Source of the DNA: Camelus ferus
Taxonomy: Eukaryota
DNA length: 64,000 nucleotides
Reading direction: 5' to 3'
NCBI RefSeq assembly: GCF_009834535.1
Contig: NC_045696.1
Location: 86,616,001-86,680,000 of the forward strand
Part shown: in pieces, positions 1 to 13,242 of the stretch
Layout: every line of letters begins with the position of its first letter
How positions within the stretch are numbered: the stretch's first letter is position 1
Position numbers and translations under genes: made by a program
The notes under the pieces: generated by a model
Seen by the model: only the letters and a program-made list of their open reading frames with translations
What the model was told of the DNA's origin: nothing
Databases searched by the model: none

Positions 1-66
1 TATCCCAAGCAACCAGAGAGTGCCTATTCCATTGGAGACATTCAACAAGTATTTGTTGAATGAGTG
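1..66 (+). mobile_element. L2 LINE 3' end remnant
   Basis: ...cattcaacaagtatttgttgaatgagtg resembles the L2 3' terminus (caataaatatttgttgaatgaatg). Confidence 0.55.
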
Positions 67-242
67 TGTACATGATGTGCATACATAAGAGTCAGTGTTT
101 TAACCAAAATGATATTAGACAAATGTGGTTGTCTCAAGGTGACAAACTTACAGGATTTTGTAGTTGTTTTGCAGTGGTATTTCCAAAAACTACACTATTA
201 GCATAAAATTTTTATTTTAAACCTAATAAATATTTAGTTCCA

Positions 243-263
243 GGAAGGAAGGAAGGAAGGAAG
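243..263. repeat. (GGAA)n microsatellite
   Basis: Direct reading. Confidence 0.9.
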
Positions 264-1329
264 AAATGTGCTGTTTACATTTTTTTCAATACTGGTATAA
301 ATTCAACCTCATATTTGATCATTTTGTTTTTAATTTTCTTTCTAAAATTTGAGTATTTGTAAAACAATAATTAAGTAGGAAATTATAACCCTTCAAAATA
401 TCTAAACAGGGTCATGTCAAAAGATCATATGTGATTCCTCTTTTGTTACTACGTTTTAGAGGGATATTCATTATAGTTTCCCTTTACCCATATAATTTGC
501 CTAATTACCTTTTTTCTCATTATGCTTTAATACTATCACTGCATCCTTAGTGATTCTGTAATAAACTGTCTACTGTATCCCCAGATAAAACTCTCTGGAC
601 CAAGGTTTTTCAAAATTACAAACAAGATATCATAGTTCAAGCTAATTAAAAACATGGTTTAATGTTGTAGACACCTTCAAAATTCTTAATAAAAAAATTT
701 AACTTTAAGTGGATTGCTTTCATAACATTTTTTGATTAGCCTTTTATTTTCTCTAAAGCATTGAGAATGTGTGAATATGTATTAAGTCTATGGGGAGATA
801 TCAGTTGAAGCTAATACTGCACATAATCTTACATATATAAACAACTTCAAAACATGCGTATTTAATGTATAAGGCAATATTGATTGCAAATGCTTTCAAA
901 ATTATATTTTGCCATTCAACCATGAAATCTGATTGAAAAATGTGATAGTCTTTACTTTCTACTACTATAAATGACTAAATTTATAGTAATAGGCCATATT
1001 TGAAAAGAGAAATTGTTAACTATTGGGGTGTATACGAGAAGGAGGTTAAAGACCTATGTTATAATAAAAATTAGCATAAATGAGAAGCACAACAGAGATA
1101 CTCATAACCCCCTCTACCTGCTTCCTCTCATCTCACAAGTTACAAAGAAATAGAAGAAATAGATGGAGCAAATGTGTTAACGACCACTGAACCGAAACTT
1201 TCTTTTTTCATTTGCACTAGGCTGCTTACATTTTCTTTACATAAGATCCTACTTTTTATCAAATGTGCTTTTAAATGAAATTCTCTATTTTTACTCTTAA
1301 TATAATTCATTAACACGATCAATCTCTTC

Positions 1330-2230
1330 ACCATAAACATGATCACATTTCTTTCATTATTGCCTTAGGATAAAGGATAATATTTAGAGGTGACACTTCT
1401 TTTTTAAAAGAATCCACACATTTTCTTCTTCATGCATAATAGCATCATGCCTCCTAGGGAACATTTTATTAATTTACAATCCTACCAATAGTACATCAGA
1501 TGGCTGGGATCCTTGAAAATAGTCATTGGATAGTTTTAAATATTTTCTAAATACGTTTACCATGTATTTATACCTTTATTAGTAAATGTGACCATATTTT
1601 CATATATTTAATGCACATTTATATTTATTTTGTCTCACAGCACTTTTCAGTTTTTATCATGGGAGTTACCTGATCTTAGTGACATCTTCAGTAAGTTATG
1701 CCTATTGACATGCATGCACAAGAACCCGTGAAACAACCACAGGTTAGGCACAGAATATTTCTAACACCACAGAATGCTCTTTTTTTGCACCTTCCTAGTT
1801 AATTCTTCCCCAGAACTTACCACTATTATAATTTTGATTACCATCAACTGCTAAAACCTATTTTTGATGTGATAAAATGGGACTGTACCATTTACTACAT
1901 ACTAATTTGTATCTGACTTCTTTTGCTCAACACAATTTGTATGAGATTCATTCATGCTGTTGTTCACAGTAGTAGTTTTTTAATCTGTTTTTTATAAATT
2001 GCTGTGAGGTATTCCATTCCAGAAAATTTTGTACTTATTTATCCATTGTTTTATTTGGTTGTCATTTCACTTCCAGAATTTGTATAATATTCATCAAGTT
2101 CTATAATATTCTTGTACATGTGTTTTAGTTGTTACACTTGTAGAAGTGGAATTTCTTACCATATAGTAGTTATATGTTCATCTTTAGAAGACACTTCAAT
2201 AAAATTTCAAATGGGTAATATTATGGCCCT
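1330..2230 (-). mobile_element. Ancient L1 (L1ME-like) 3' region fragments
   Basis: Antisense L1 3'UTR motifs such as gtatctgacttcttttgctcaaca...tgagattcattcatgctgttg and tttacaatcctaccaatagt. Confidence 0.65.
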
Positions 2231-2239
2231 GTCAATGTT

Positions 2240-2620
2240 ATTTTTCTTTCCCAAAATAACTTTTTGTCTTTATTCTCTGGATTTTTCACTTGTTTCTATT
2301 TTAATGATTTTTGCTATCTTTATTATTTTTTAATTCAACTGTTTTGCTTTTAATTTGCTTTTTATAACTTTTTGACATGAAAGCTTAGGTCACTAATTTT
2401 TAAGCTTTCTTCTTTTTAAAATATGTGTATTTTCTGGAATTTGACACAACATTGTAAAATGACTATAACTCAATAAAAAATGTTAAACTTAAAAAATAAT
2501 TAAATTAAATAAAATAAAATATGTGTGTTTTAAGTCATAAGTCTCCCTCCTAGCTAAGCTTTAGGTTCATCATACCATACTTTAATTGTTTAATTTCAAA
2601 CTATGTTTCTTAATGCTCCA
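2240..2620 (-). mobile_element. Old L1 ORF2 fragment, interrupted by a younger L1 tail
   Basis: T-rich antisense ORF2-like sequence (ttttaagctttcttcttttt...tttaagtcataagtctccctc...gctttag). Confidence 0.55.
2434..2515 (+). mobile_element. Extremely 5'-truncated camelid-type L1 3' tail with 16-bp TSD
   Basis: ggaatttgacacaacattgtaaaatgactataactcaataaaaaa plus A-rich tail; flanked by aaaatatgtgt(a/g)tttt at 2418-2433 and 2516-2531; TTTT/AAAA endonuclease site. Confidence 0.85.
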
Positions 2621-3394
2621 TGGATATTACAATATTAACCCAGAAAAAGCAAAGTAGAGTTTAAGTCCAAAGAAATATATAACAGACAGTATGTGAAGTT
2701 TCAGAAATAATATCTCTTTAGGCAGACAGCAGTAAAGTAACTGAAAAACAAATACATCTGTTTCTTTGAATCTACTACTCACTTCTATATTATTAAAACA
2801 ACAACAACAACAAAAACCCAGAGCCATATCCAAGTAGAATCAAGAATTAAGAAGTTTGAGAGGAAAACACAGAATTCTGGAAAAAGCACATTGTGTTCGG
2901 GTGTGCTAAATATATTTTAATATAATTACCTGTGTGTGTCTCACAATGTACCATATACTTAACCAGCATTATCACCTCCAATTTGCAAAGCTCTTATGAA
3001 ATAGAATTATTATTTTCTCCTTCATATTGAGAAAAATCAGAGATTCAGTATTGTCACCTAGTCCACAGTTGAAAAATCTACCATTTGATTTCAGTTCCTC
3101 TGAAGTTGAAGACCATAAGTTTAACCATTAAGCCATATCCCATACCTGGCATTTTAGAATCATCCTTTTCTCTCTAGGTGACACTCTTTCTAGATGGGCT
3201 CATGTTCCTCATATTCTCAGAGATTCTTTTGAGTCAAAAGACTCTTTTGATAGTTATCTCCTTTATTCACTAATCCTTATATTTTGAAAATTATATGTTA
3301 TTTCCATTTTATTAATTTTAATCCATCTTTAACCATTTACATATACCTTCTGTTTTTAAACATTTATATGTGTAAATCACTAAAAATTAGAGGG

Positions 3395-3672
3395 AAGTAG
3401 ACTCAGACATAGAAGAACAAACTATGGTTATGAAAGGGGAAAGGTAGGGGGAGGGATAAATTAGGAGGTTGGGATTAACAGATACACACTACTGTATATA
3501 AAATACATAACCAACAAGGACCTACTGTATAGCACAGGGAATTATATTCAATATCTTGTAATAACTTATAATGGAAAAGAATATATATGTATATGTATAA
3601 CTGAATCTCTGCTGTACACCTAAAACTAACACAACATTGTAAATCAACTATAATTCAATAAAAAAACAAAAC
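3395..3672 (+). mobile_element. Cetartiodactyl-type L1 3' end (3'UTR plus polyA)
   Basis: agactcagacatagaagaacaaactatggtt...gggataaattaggag...aaggacctactgtatagcacaggga...acaacattgtaaatcaactata-A tail. Confidence 0.88.
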
Positions 3673-3939
3673 AACTCCATTGATGCCCTTAAAAAGAGGA
3701 GCACAGCCAAGTGAAAACAGAAGACATGAAGAAAATATTTTTCTTTAATAAAAAGTACCTAAATGGACTATTTTAAAAATATTATTCTAAACTTTCAAGC
3801 AATTAGGAACAAAAATTCCCTCATCTTGATCTCCAATATAATTATTGAGATGTGGGTGCTTAGGAGAAAGAATATATTAACTAGATATACTTTAAACTTC
3901 TGTACATATTCCAAGTTGGGGTGTGAAATACATTTTGCA

Positions 3940-6380
3940 TCACTTTTAATCTCTGTGTCTTTATATTTAAAGTGGGTTTCCTCTAGACAATATATAACTG
4001 AGTTTTGTTTTTTTCATCCATTTTGGCAATTTCTGTCTTTTAATTAGTGTATTCAGACCATTAAGTGATTACTGATAATCAGTCATTTTATTACTGTTTT
4101 GTACTTGTTGCTTTTGCTGTTTATTCCTATCCTTGTCTTCTATTATCTTCTGCCTTTTGTGGTTATAACTGAGCATTTAGTATCATTCAATTTCTATCTT
4201 ATATCAATTATGCTCCCCTCCCCCTTTTTTGTGATTGCCCTTGAATTTGCAATGTACATTACAGCTAATCCAAGTGTACTTTCATAACACTATACCTCTT
4301 CTTGTGCAGAGCAAATAACTTATAATAATAAAATATTCTTAATTCCTTCTTCCCATCCCTTATATCATTGCTATCATTTAATTCACTTATATGTAAACTA
4401 TAATCATTACATATATAGTTGCTATTATTTTTAAAAATGTTATCTATTAGATCCGTTAAGAAAAATAAAAGTTTTTTATTTCACTTTCACTTATTCCTCC
4501 TTTAATGCTCTTATTTTCTTTATATAAATTCAACTTCCTGACATACAATTTTCCTTTTTCTGAGGAACTTTTAACATTTCTTGAAAGGCGGATCTATTGG
4601 CAACAAATTCCCTCAATTTTTGCTTGAGAAAATCTTTATTCTTTACTTTTAAAGGAGAATTTCAGGCAATACAGAATTTTAGATTCATAATTATTTTCTC
4701 ATAACACTTAAAATATTTTCAGTCTTCTTCCTTGCATGGTTTCTGAGAAGCTGAATTAATTCTTTTCTTTGCTTCTCTATAGGTAAGGTGCTTCCCCCAC
4801 CAAACCTCTGCTGGTTTCTTTCAAGATTTTTCTTTATCTTTAATTTAGATTTTCTTCTTTATCTTTCTTTATCTTTATTTGAAGTTTGAATATAATATGC
4901 CTGGGTGTAGTTCTTTTGGCATTCATCTCACTTTGTATTCTCTACACTTTCTAGATATGTGCTTTGGTGTCTGACATTAATTTCAAGGAAACTCTCATTC
5001 TTTATTGTTTCAAATATTGCTTCTGTTCCTTTCTTTCTTTCTCTTTTTTTCTGGCATTCCCAGAATGGAATGTATATTATACTTTTTGTAGTTGTCCTAC
5101 AGTTCTTGGATATTGTGGGGTTTTTTTTTTTTTCCCTATTTTTGTTTCCATTGTAGAATTTTCTACTTTTATATCCTTGAGCTCAAAAATTCTTTCCATA
5201 ATCATGTCCAGTCTACTAAAGGGTTCCTCAAAAGGCATTCTTTATTTCTATTATGGTGTTTTTTCTTTTATCTCTTGCATTTCTTTTTGAGTCTTTCTTA
5301 GAATTTCCATATCTGATTACATTTTCCATCTGTTCTTGCATATTATCTACCCTTTCCATTAGAACCTTCAGCATATTAATCACAAAAATTAGAGGGAAGT
5401 AGTGTTTTAAATTCATGATTTGATAATTCCAACATCTCTATCATATCTGGGTCTGTTTCTGATGCTTGCTGTGCCTCTTCAAACTGTGCTTTATTCCTTT
5501 TATTATGCCTTATTAATTTTTTTGTTGAAACACAGACATGATATATGGGTTAAAAGGAACTGAAGTAAATAGGCCTTTATTAATGCAGCGGTAAGGCGTA
5601 GGAGGAGGGGACCTATTTCGTAGGCTATGATTGGGTTCTCAGTCACTTTAGTAGCCTGCGCCCTGATCTGTGAACTTTACTAGTGCTTCTCAGTTGGTTT
5701 TATTTTTCTTTTTCCTCACCTCTTTAGGTGGGACAGGATGGCTAGGGAGGCCTAGAGTTGGATATTTATTTCCTTTTCCCCAGGTTGGTTAGGCTCTGAT
5801 AAAACCTCAGTGGATTAGGTTGTGATGAAATAATTTTGCTTGAGGGTAGGCTTTGTTAAGAAGAACAGAATGTTCTGGCACATTTCAAATTGGTTACTTT
5901 TCTCTAATCCCTGCCAAAAACTGGAGGGATTTTTTTTTGCTTTTCTTTTCTTTCTTCTTTTACATAATAGTTTATTACAAGATATTGAATATATGTGTTT
6001 TTTGTTTTTGTTTTTGTTTTTGTTTTTGTTTTTGTTTTTAATCTTCACTGTGAGAACCTGGAAGAGGTCCTGGAGATAAAACTCACAAAAGTTTGAGAGC
6101 TCCCCTCTGACTGGGTTCCACTGGTGTTGCTAACTCTCAAATTTGACCACTCTGAGCCTCCAGCAATCATCAATTACAGTTTAGGTTTCCTACTCTGATA
6201 CTGGTTCTCTGCATGATGATTCTTTGTATCTGCTTGTTTGCTGCTTCAGTTTGGGAAGCAGTGCTTTGCCCTGGGGTGTAACTTCTCAGACATATCAAAG
6301 AGCAGTTGCTGATTTTTCAGTTTGTTCAGCTTTTTACTTAGGACAGAATGATGACTTTGGAGCTCCTTACAGGCTGGACT
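3940..6380 (-). mobile_element. L1MC/L1MD-like 5' half (5'UTR, decayed ORF1, inter-ORF)
   Basis: Minus-strand ORF 5228-5416 contains LMERVDNMQEQMENV...EIKNAF, a remnant of the L1 ORF1p coiled coil; flanks read as antisense L1. Confidence 0.85.
5998..6039. repeat. (TTTTTG)n microsatellite
   Basis: Direct reading. Confidence 0.9.
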
Positions 6381-6790
6381 CCTGAGCAGTCCAAAAGAAA
6401 CATGGCTGCTGCAACAATCTTAAAGCTCTAGTGTGGTTAAGAGTTGGCCTTAAGTAAAATGTGCCATAGACCAACAAAGTCCATCTTACAGGCTATAGCT
6501 TATGCTTGGAGGCTACATTGAGCTAAATATAAAGCTGAAAAGAGACATTTTAAAACTACATTTCAGTGGCTTCAATAAACAGAAAAATAGCAGGATTGAA
6601 ATTGACCTGATGATAATACTTATGGCTCCAAATAATCCATTGCCTTCTAAATCTGCTAGATGCTTGAATGGTTTGTAACACAACAAAAACAGAAAACAAA
6701 ACATTCTAGCTTAAGATCTGTGAACACAACTCAAAGTGCAGGTGAGAAAATAAGGAATAGAATCATTTAAAAGCTATTCTGAAAAATACC

Positions 6791-6880
6791 TGTCATAGGC
6801 ATCTTCTAAAGTAGTTCGCCATGATCTTGACCTTCTGATATCCATGCCCTTGTGCAATCTCTTCCCCTTGAGAGTGACTA
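6791..6880 (+). mobile_element. MaLR LTR 5' fragment (MLT1F/G/H-like)
   Basis: tgtcataggcatcttctaaag...atccatgcccttgtgcaatctcttccccttgagagtg matches the start of MLT1-type LTRs. Confidence 0.65.
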
Positions 6881-9089
6881 AATTTATGGGAAAGAGAAGG
6901 ATAAACCATTATTTTACCTAAAGAACAGTAGACAGACACATGTGTAAATGGCAGATGAGGCTTTTTGCATCAGCTTTCTGATAAACTGATGCTCAACGCT
7001 TGCTTTACTGCTAAAACGCAGCTGAGATTTTCAGAGGTAGCTTCCTGTGATACTGGTCTTTCGTGATTTCCTGAGAGGTCACTTTCTCTTTGACACATTC
7101 TGTTGGTGTTGTAGGTATTTAATTTGCTGTATTTAATCATTTTCTGCTAAAACATCAGTGATTTATATGTATATGATGAAACAATAACTAATGAATACTC
7201 CTTTAGCATAATGTAGAACAGGAGATGCCTACAAAAATGCTAATCTGAGCAGTGTGAAATATCTAATTATCTTAAAATTATTGCATACTGTGGGTAGAGA
7301 ACTCTGAAAGCAACTTTTCTTCTTTCCCATTTTGTACTCCAGGATTTCATAAATCTGATGGAGCTGAAAGACTAACAACATGACAAGAAGAGATTGAGTG
7401 TGAGAAATTGAATGAAAATAATTTTTAAAAGGCCAAGGAGAGGGGAAGCAGACAGATTCTGTCCAGGGGACCTGTTGAAACAGGAGTGAACAGCCATTTA
7501 GGTACCACTGGGATGCAGAATTGAGCCCTTCTGATCATCATAAGAAATTGAAGGACAAGACAATTGTTGCGTAAGCATGAAGAGACAATTCAAACTTTTC
7601 TTCTCTAGACTAGGCTGGAAAATACAAATTGAAGCTTTAGTAAAATATTTTATTAATTCTTCTCTTGATTACACTGCCCTAGATAGATAGATCATTCTTA
7701 CTAAATGGGGCACTAACTCAAGATGTGGTTAGCTGTTGGAGATAATAGCCTGATAATATTGTTTAACCTTCTAGAGTTCTGTACTGAATTTTAGGGGTAC
7801 ATACTTATTTTACTTCATTTACTTCTCATTGAAACATGATGATTTTCTGTCCTTTTATTTATAGAGACACTGTTACTATGTAACTGATAAAAAATAAAAA
7901 TGAATGTAAGATTTATTTATGAACTTTAAAACATCCTATGCATATTTTTTTACACTATGAACTCTTTAAGGGCAAAACCTTAAAGGTTCTAGTACCTGAA
8001 GCATTTTTAATATATACAACATATTAAAGATGTGTTAATGAATAAATAAATGCTCTGAAAACAACTCTTTTGTGAAAAAGCCCGAGGAGGCAGATCTACA
8101 TGCTCTTTGAACCTCCAGAGTTTTGGTTTGAAAACATGTTTCTTCTCACACTATCAACACATTCTTTTCTTCATGATTGATATAAAATGTTCAAATTAAA
8201 AAACATGATATTTCAGTAATCCTAGTGCCCTGGTAATCATTAACAGAACAGCACAAAAATATATTATAAGTGCCACATTTCAAATTTTGTGGGTTGAGAT
8301 TAATTTTTAGAATCAGGAAATACAACCTTCTGATGGGTTTTATCTTTGTTAATCCAGAACATTTTACCCATATAGCTATACAGCTATGTCTATTTCCATA
8401 TACAAATATATCCAGAGACTTACATATTTAATATATTTGTTCTTAAGAATACATTTAATCTTGTGTTTAAAAATGCTTTATACAAAGGAAGGAATCGTTC
8501 TGTACTGTGTATTCAATCACTCCAAGAATTTTTACAGATAAAAGCAGCACAACCTTTAAAGAAAACAAACTTGCAGACTTAATTTTTCACAGTGATAAGG
8601 CATGAAAATAAACTAATGAAAATGCTGCAGATGATTATAATAATATATGAGCATGGAGAAAATAAGTATCTCATGCCAGCTAACTTAAATTTAAATATAA
8701 TTGTCAGTCAATGACACATGGACACAATCCTAAATATTTTATGGTTATCAACAAAGATACAAATACGTCATTCAGTATCCTCACTCATTTAATAAGAGCC
8801 ATTCTGAAACTGCATCATGGTGAAGCCTGGGAGAAAGAGTGATTTTATAGCAAATGACACATAATGGCTTTCTCTGAGCTCCCCATCAAACACCACATTA
8901 CCACATTTTAAACAAGTTCTTTTGAATGCATGCTTATAGATTCAAAAGAATGCCTTGGATGCTGATTTCCCTAGGCTTCTGAAGTCTAGGGAAAGGTGCA
9001 CTTAGAAGTTTTAGGTAAACACAACCAAAGCAAACAAACAAGGCAAAAGAAATTCTCAAGATACCAAGTACATTTTCTCAAATGGGGAT

Positions 9090-9175
9090 ATTTATTTGTT
9101 CAGCACTGAGGAAATGTTATTATGCATCTATTCTGGACAAGGCACTGTGCTATGTGTCAGAGTAAGGCAGGAATG
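9090..9175 (-). mobile_element. L2 3' end remnant
   Basis: ttattatgcatctattctggacaaggcactgtgcta. Confidence 0.5.
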
Positions 9176-9634
9176 GTTTTGTTGATGGAATTAAGAAATT
9201 AAATTTTGTATACGATGTAAGATACAAATCAAAGTTCATTTTTTCTTATATATAGTTATTCAATTGTTTAAAAACCATTTGTTGAAGGTTATTCTTTATC
9301 CAATGAAGTGCCTTTGCATCTTTCTCCAAAAATAGTTTTGTGTACATTGATATCCTGGACTGTCTATTCTGTTCTCTTGATATATTTGCCTGTTTTTATG
9401 CCAACAATACACTGTCTAGATTACTATAAAGAGTCTCGAAATAAATCTTGAAAAAAGGTAGTGCTTTCCATTAACTTCATACTTCTTTTAAAATGCTGCT
9501 TTGACTATTCAACAAATTTAGCCTTTCCATATGAATTTTAGAATCAGCTTGCCTATACTTCTAAAAAAAAGAAAGACTGTTTAATATTGATTGCCATTAT
9601 ACTGAATCTACAGATCAATTAGGGGAAGATTATG

Positions 9635-10880
9635 TAACTCCTGCCTCAGTCCTAAAATCAATCATTTCCCCAAGCACCCCTTATTTCCGTTATTGGAGAT
9701 AAACATTAGAAACCAAGATGTGAATGCCACCTGTGCTCGTTGCTACTACAGTGTCATTACTTCTAGGTCTTCTCAGCTGACAGAACAAGGTTATGCATAT
9801 GTGTATACTAACCCACATGTATAGATCTCTCTCCATCTGTATTTCTTTTAAGCTAAATTTGCCTTCATGCTGATGTCCCCAACTCTAATCCTTACTATGT
9901 AATTCATCCTGCATTCTCTCTTTGTTAATCTGTAACCTCTTCAGTAAGACATGTGGCTCCCACCATCCACCATCCATTTACTTAATTGTTTGACTTTAGT
10001 ATATAGGTACAGCAGTTTCAGATTTGTTAACCTTACCCTCCTAGGAAAGCACTAAACAACTTTATCAACTAAAGTACAATACTTATATACAGCTCCTTTT
10101 GTCTTTAATCTTCCAGACTACACTCATTTCCAAAGTTATTTAGGTAGCAGTCTTTATATCAATCCCTTTGTTGTGGAGATTTCATATATTTGTAATACAA
10201 TTAGTTTCTTTTGTTACTACAGTTCTTTTGCATGGTGGGATTTCCCTTTACTCCCTAAATGTTTTATATAATTTGTATACATTAATCTTCACTCTTTTTG
10301 CTGAAAAGATCTATGGATAATCCAAATAAATAGGGTCATGTAATTACAATTAGATTATCATACTGAATCAGAATATTTTCATTCCCTTGTGCTTCACCAT
10401 TCTTCAACCTGCTGTCAAACACTGATCTCTTCAGCATCTCTATATTTTCACCTTTTCTAGAATGTCATATAATTCAAATCACAGAGTACAGAGCCTTTTC
10501 AGAGTGGCTTCTTTCAAATATCAATATACATTTAACATTCATTAATGTTTTTGGTTGGCTTAATAGCTCAATCCTTCTATTGCTCATATTCTTTCACTGT
10601 AAGGACTGACTACAGTTTGCTTATCCATTACCCTATTGAGGGACACCTTAGCTTCTTTCAATTTTTGGTGATTAAAAATAAAGTTGATATAAACATTCAT
10701 GTGAATATTACTGTGTAGATATACATTTTCAAACCAGGTGCGCACATAAGTAAGAGTGCAGTTGATTGGTGATATGATAAGACTGTTTAGTTTTGTAAGA
10801 AACTAGCAAATTGTCTTCCAAAGTAGCTTTACCATTTTGCATTCCCACTAGTAATGAATTAGAGTTCCTGATGCTCTAAC
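9635..10880 (-). mobile_element. L1MD-like 3' end nested in the older L1
   Basis: cctgcctcagtcctaaaatcaatcatttccccaag...ttagaaaccaagatgtg...ttttgtaagaaactagcaaattgtcttccaaagtagc...ttttgcattcccac. Confidence 0.75.
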
Positions 10881-11264
10881 ATCAATTGAGTTTTGAATGT
10901 TAAATCAACCTTGCATTCTTGGGATAAATTCCACTTGGTCATGAAGTATTATTCCTTTTATATAATCTTGCATTTGATCTGTTAAAATTGTTTTAGAAAA
11001 TTGTGTGCATATATTCATAAGGGATTTTGGATTGAAATATACTTTTAATGTCCTTTCCTGAATTTATTTTAGAATAATAATTAATATAATGGTCTCACAG
11101 AATAACTTGATAAGTATTCTAACTTCTTTAAATGTTTTATAAAAACATCTAGCATCAGAATTATTTCTTTTATAAATGTTTGTAACAATTCACCAGTGAA
11201 GCCATCTTAACTTGGAGTTTTCTTTGTGAAATGATTTTAACTATAAGTTCAATTTCTTTCATAA

Positions 11265-11676
11265 TGTGCTCACAATTGCCCATTTCTTACTGTCTTCTTT
11301 GTTTTAACCAAACTTTGGTTAGGCTTTTCTCCTTACTATCTCCTGAACTCCTTTTGTTCCCAAGCCTTAGCAAGCTATAAAAAGTGGAACAGTCTGTCTC
11401 ATCAATTTATCCTGAGAATCAACTGACCACAGTGAGACATTTTTCTTATCTGACTTCATTAGACATTTTCTTTTGCTGCCCAACTTCCCTTTAAAACATC
11501 TTGCTTGTCTTTGCTTATCCCTCTTTACTGATGATAGAATGAAGATAGAAAAGGCTTTTTTTTTTTTTGGCTTGATTTATGATAGTTGCAGTTCTCTGAA
11601 ATCAGGGTATTCTTACTGCAGTAGCCTTTCTTTTGAAAAAAAATCTCTCTCTAAATTCAGATGTTTTCATTTGACA
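11265..11676 (+). mobile_element. Solo LTR (~412 bp, probably ERV1 class) inserted in L1 ORF2
   Basis: Starts TGT and ends TTTGACA; the host L1 (tcaatttcttt.ata | atagatat) resumes across it; flanks ataa/atag fit a degenerate 4-bp TSD; TATAAAA at ~11376. Confidence 0.65.
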
Positions 11677-13138
11677 ATAGATATCAATTTATTCACATTA
11701 TTTTTGAGTGAGTTTTGAGAGTATGTGTCCTTCAAGTGTTATGTCCATTTCATTAAGGTTGTACAATTTATCTGCATAATATTCATATTATGAAAGATTA
11801 TTACTTTCCTTGTAATATTCCCATATTCTTATTTCAATATCTGGAGTATCTGTAATGATTTCACTTGTCTCATTTCTCATATTGCTATTTCTTATAATTT
11901 CTCTAGCCTTTTTTTTATTACTCTTACCAGAGGTTTATCAATTTATACTGAACTTATCCAAAAACATCTTGTGATGTTACTGATTTTTTAAATTATTTTT
12001 TCTGTTTTTTATATCTGATCTTTATTTTTCTTTTGTTCTGTTTGGAGTTTATTTTTCTCTCTTTTTAAAGAAGTTTTACTTAAGAAAGGCTGACTTCTTA
12101 ATGTAAGACCACTCTTTTCTTTCTTCTTTACAATAAAGGCATTTAGTGCTACAAAAATTTCCCTCAAAGTACTACTTTAACTGCATCCTATGACTTTAAT
12201 ACATTGTGTTTTCATTCATATTTTCCTGGGTTTGCATGCTTAGTAATTACTTATTTGATGCCAATAATTGTTACTTTTATGTTAAATCATGCTGAATAAA
12301 TAGTGTGTATTCCTATAAATACTCTTGAGCTTTGTTCTGGGAGAGAGTTTAGTTACTTTAAACTGTTTAACATTCTTGGATATTGCTTTTAAGATGTGTT
12401 AGGAAGACATTAGCAACTTTTAGTAAAGAGCTAATTATTCCACACTCCCAAGAAAAACTTCTGAACACTGTATCCAATTCCTCATAAATTATGAAAATTT
12501 CCAGTCTGGCTTTTGGCAATTAGCATTATTCCTGGTTTGGTGCAGGGTATAAGTACTGTTTCCGATAATCTTTTCAGGTGTTTTCTTTTTTTCTGTGGCT
12601 TAGGAGAATTCCTCAAATTTATGAGTTATAAGTATTGTCTGGATATTTAGGGGTCCTACCACAGTTGTCTGTAGTCCTCTCTCTGTGAAGCTCTCTTTCT
12701 CTGATACTCTGCCTTGCAAACTCTAGCCCCCTTGGTTCCTCTAGACTCTCAACACTTAAACATAGGGAATCTGACAGGCTCCTACTGACATCCCCGTCTC
12801 TGGATCTGTAGTCTGGAATATTTCTCAAGGCAAAAGCTAGTGGAATAGCAGTTTTCACCTCACTTGATACTTAGTTCTACTTTATATTATAAAGAACGTC
12901 AATAGATCAACTAAAATAACAATGCAATGAACACAAATTTGAACAAAGCAGTAGGGAAGGGTAGATGGGCTTCTTTAAAGTAACAGAATATAAAAACACA
13001 ATTCTTATGGTTAATAAACATATTTATATAGATTTGTTTAACTATATTATTTGAAATTCATAAGATAGTGCAAGACATAGACAGTGGCTGCCTTAGTTAG
13101 CAGAACTGGAAGTTCTCTATGTATTTAAAGTCAGCTTG

Positions 13139-13242
13139 GGAGTGGGGACTAGCTCAATGGTAGAGCGCATGCCTAGCATACATGAGATCCTGGATTCAAT
13201 CCTCAGTACTTCCATTAAAATATTTTTTTAGTATTTTAAAAA
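13139..13242 (+). mobile_element. tRNA-derived SINE, camelid vic-1 type, with 17-bp TSD
   Basis: tagctcaatggtagagcgcatgcctagcat (A box)...ggattcaatcc (B box)...AT-rich tail; perfect TSD tatttaaagtcagcttg at 13122-13138 and 13243-13259. Confidence 0.92.

Larger units (their letters stand above)
9195..12870 (-). mobile_element. Ancient L1M (L1ME-like) ORF2 to 5' region, fragmented by nested insertions
   Basis: Antisense ORF2-like sequence at 9195-9630, 10880-11264 and 11677-12230; L1ME 5'-type sequence at 12230-12870. Confidence 0.75.

Noticed and set aside
6967..6992. Small hairpin gcatcag...ctgatgc
   Set aside because: A 7-bp stem is expected by chance; I recognised no mature miRNA or snoRNA sequence here or elsewhere in the window
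7310..7400. Strong + strand acceptor (tttcccattttgtactccAG at 7341-7342)
   Set aside because: All three frames stop within ~40 nt and no convincing donor follows
13141..13215. tRNA-Ala-like sequence
   Set aside because: TSD-flanked SINE with a tail and a degenerate acceptor stem; not a tRNA gene (same for 49800-49873)
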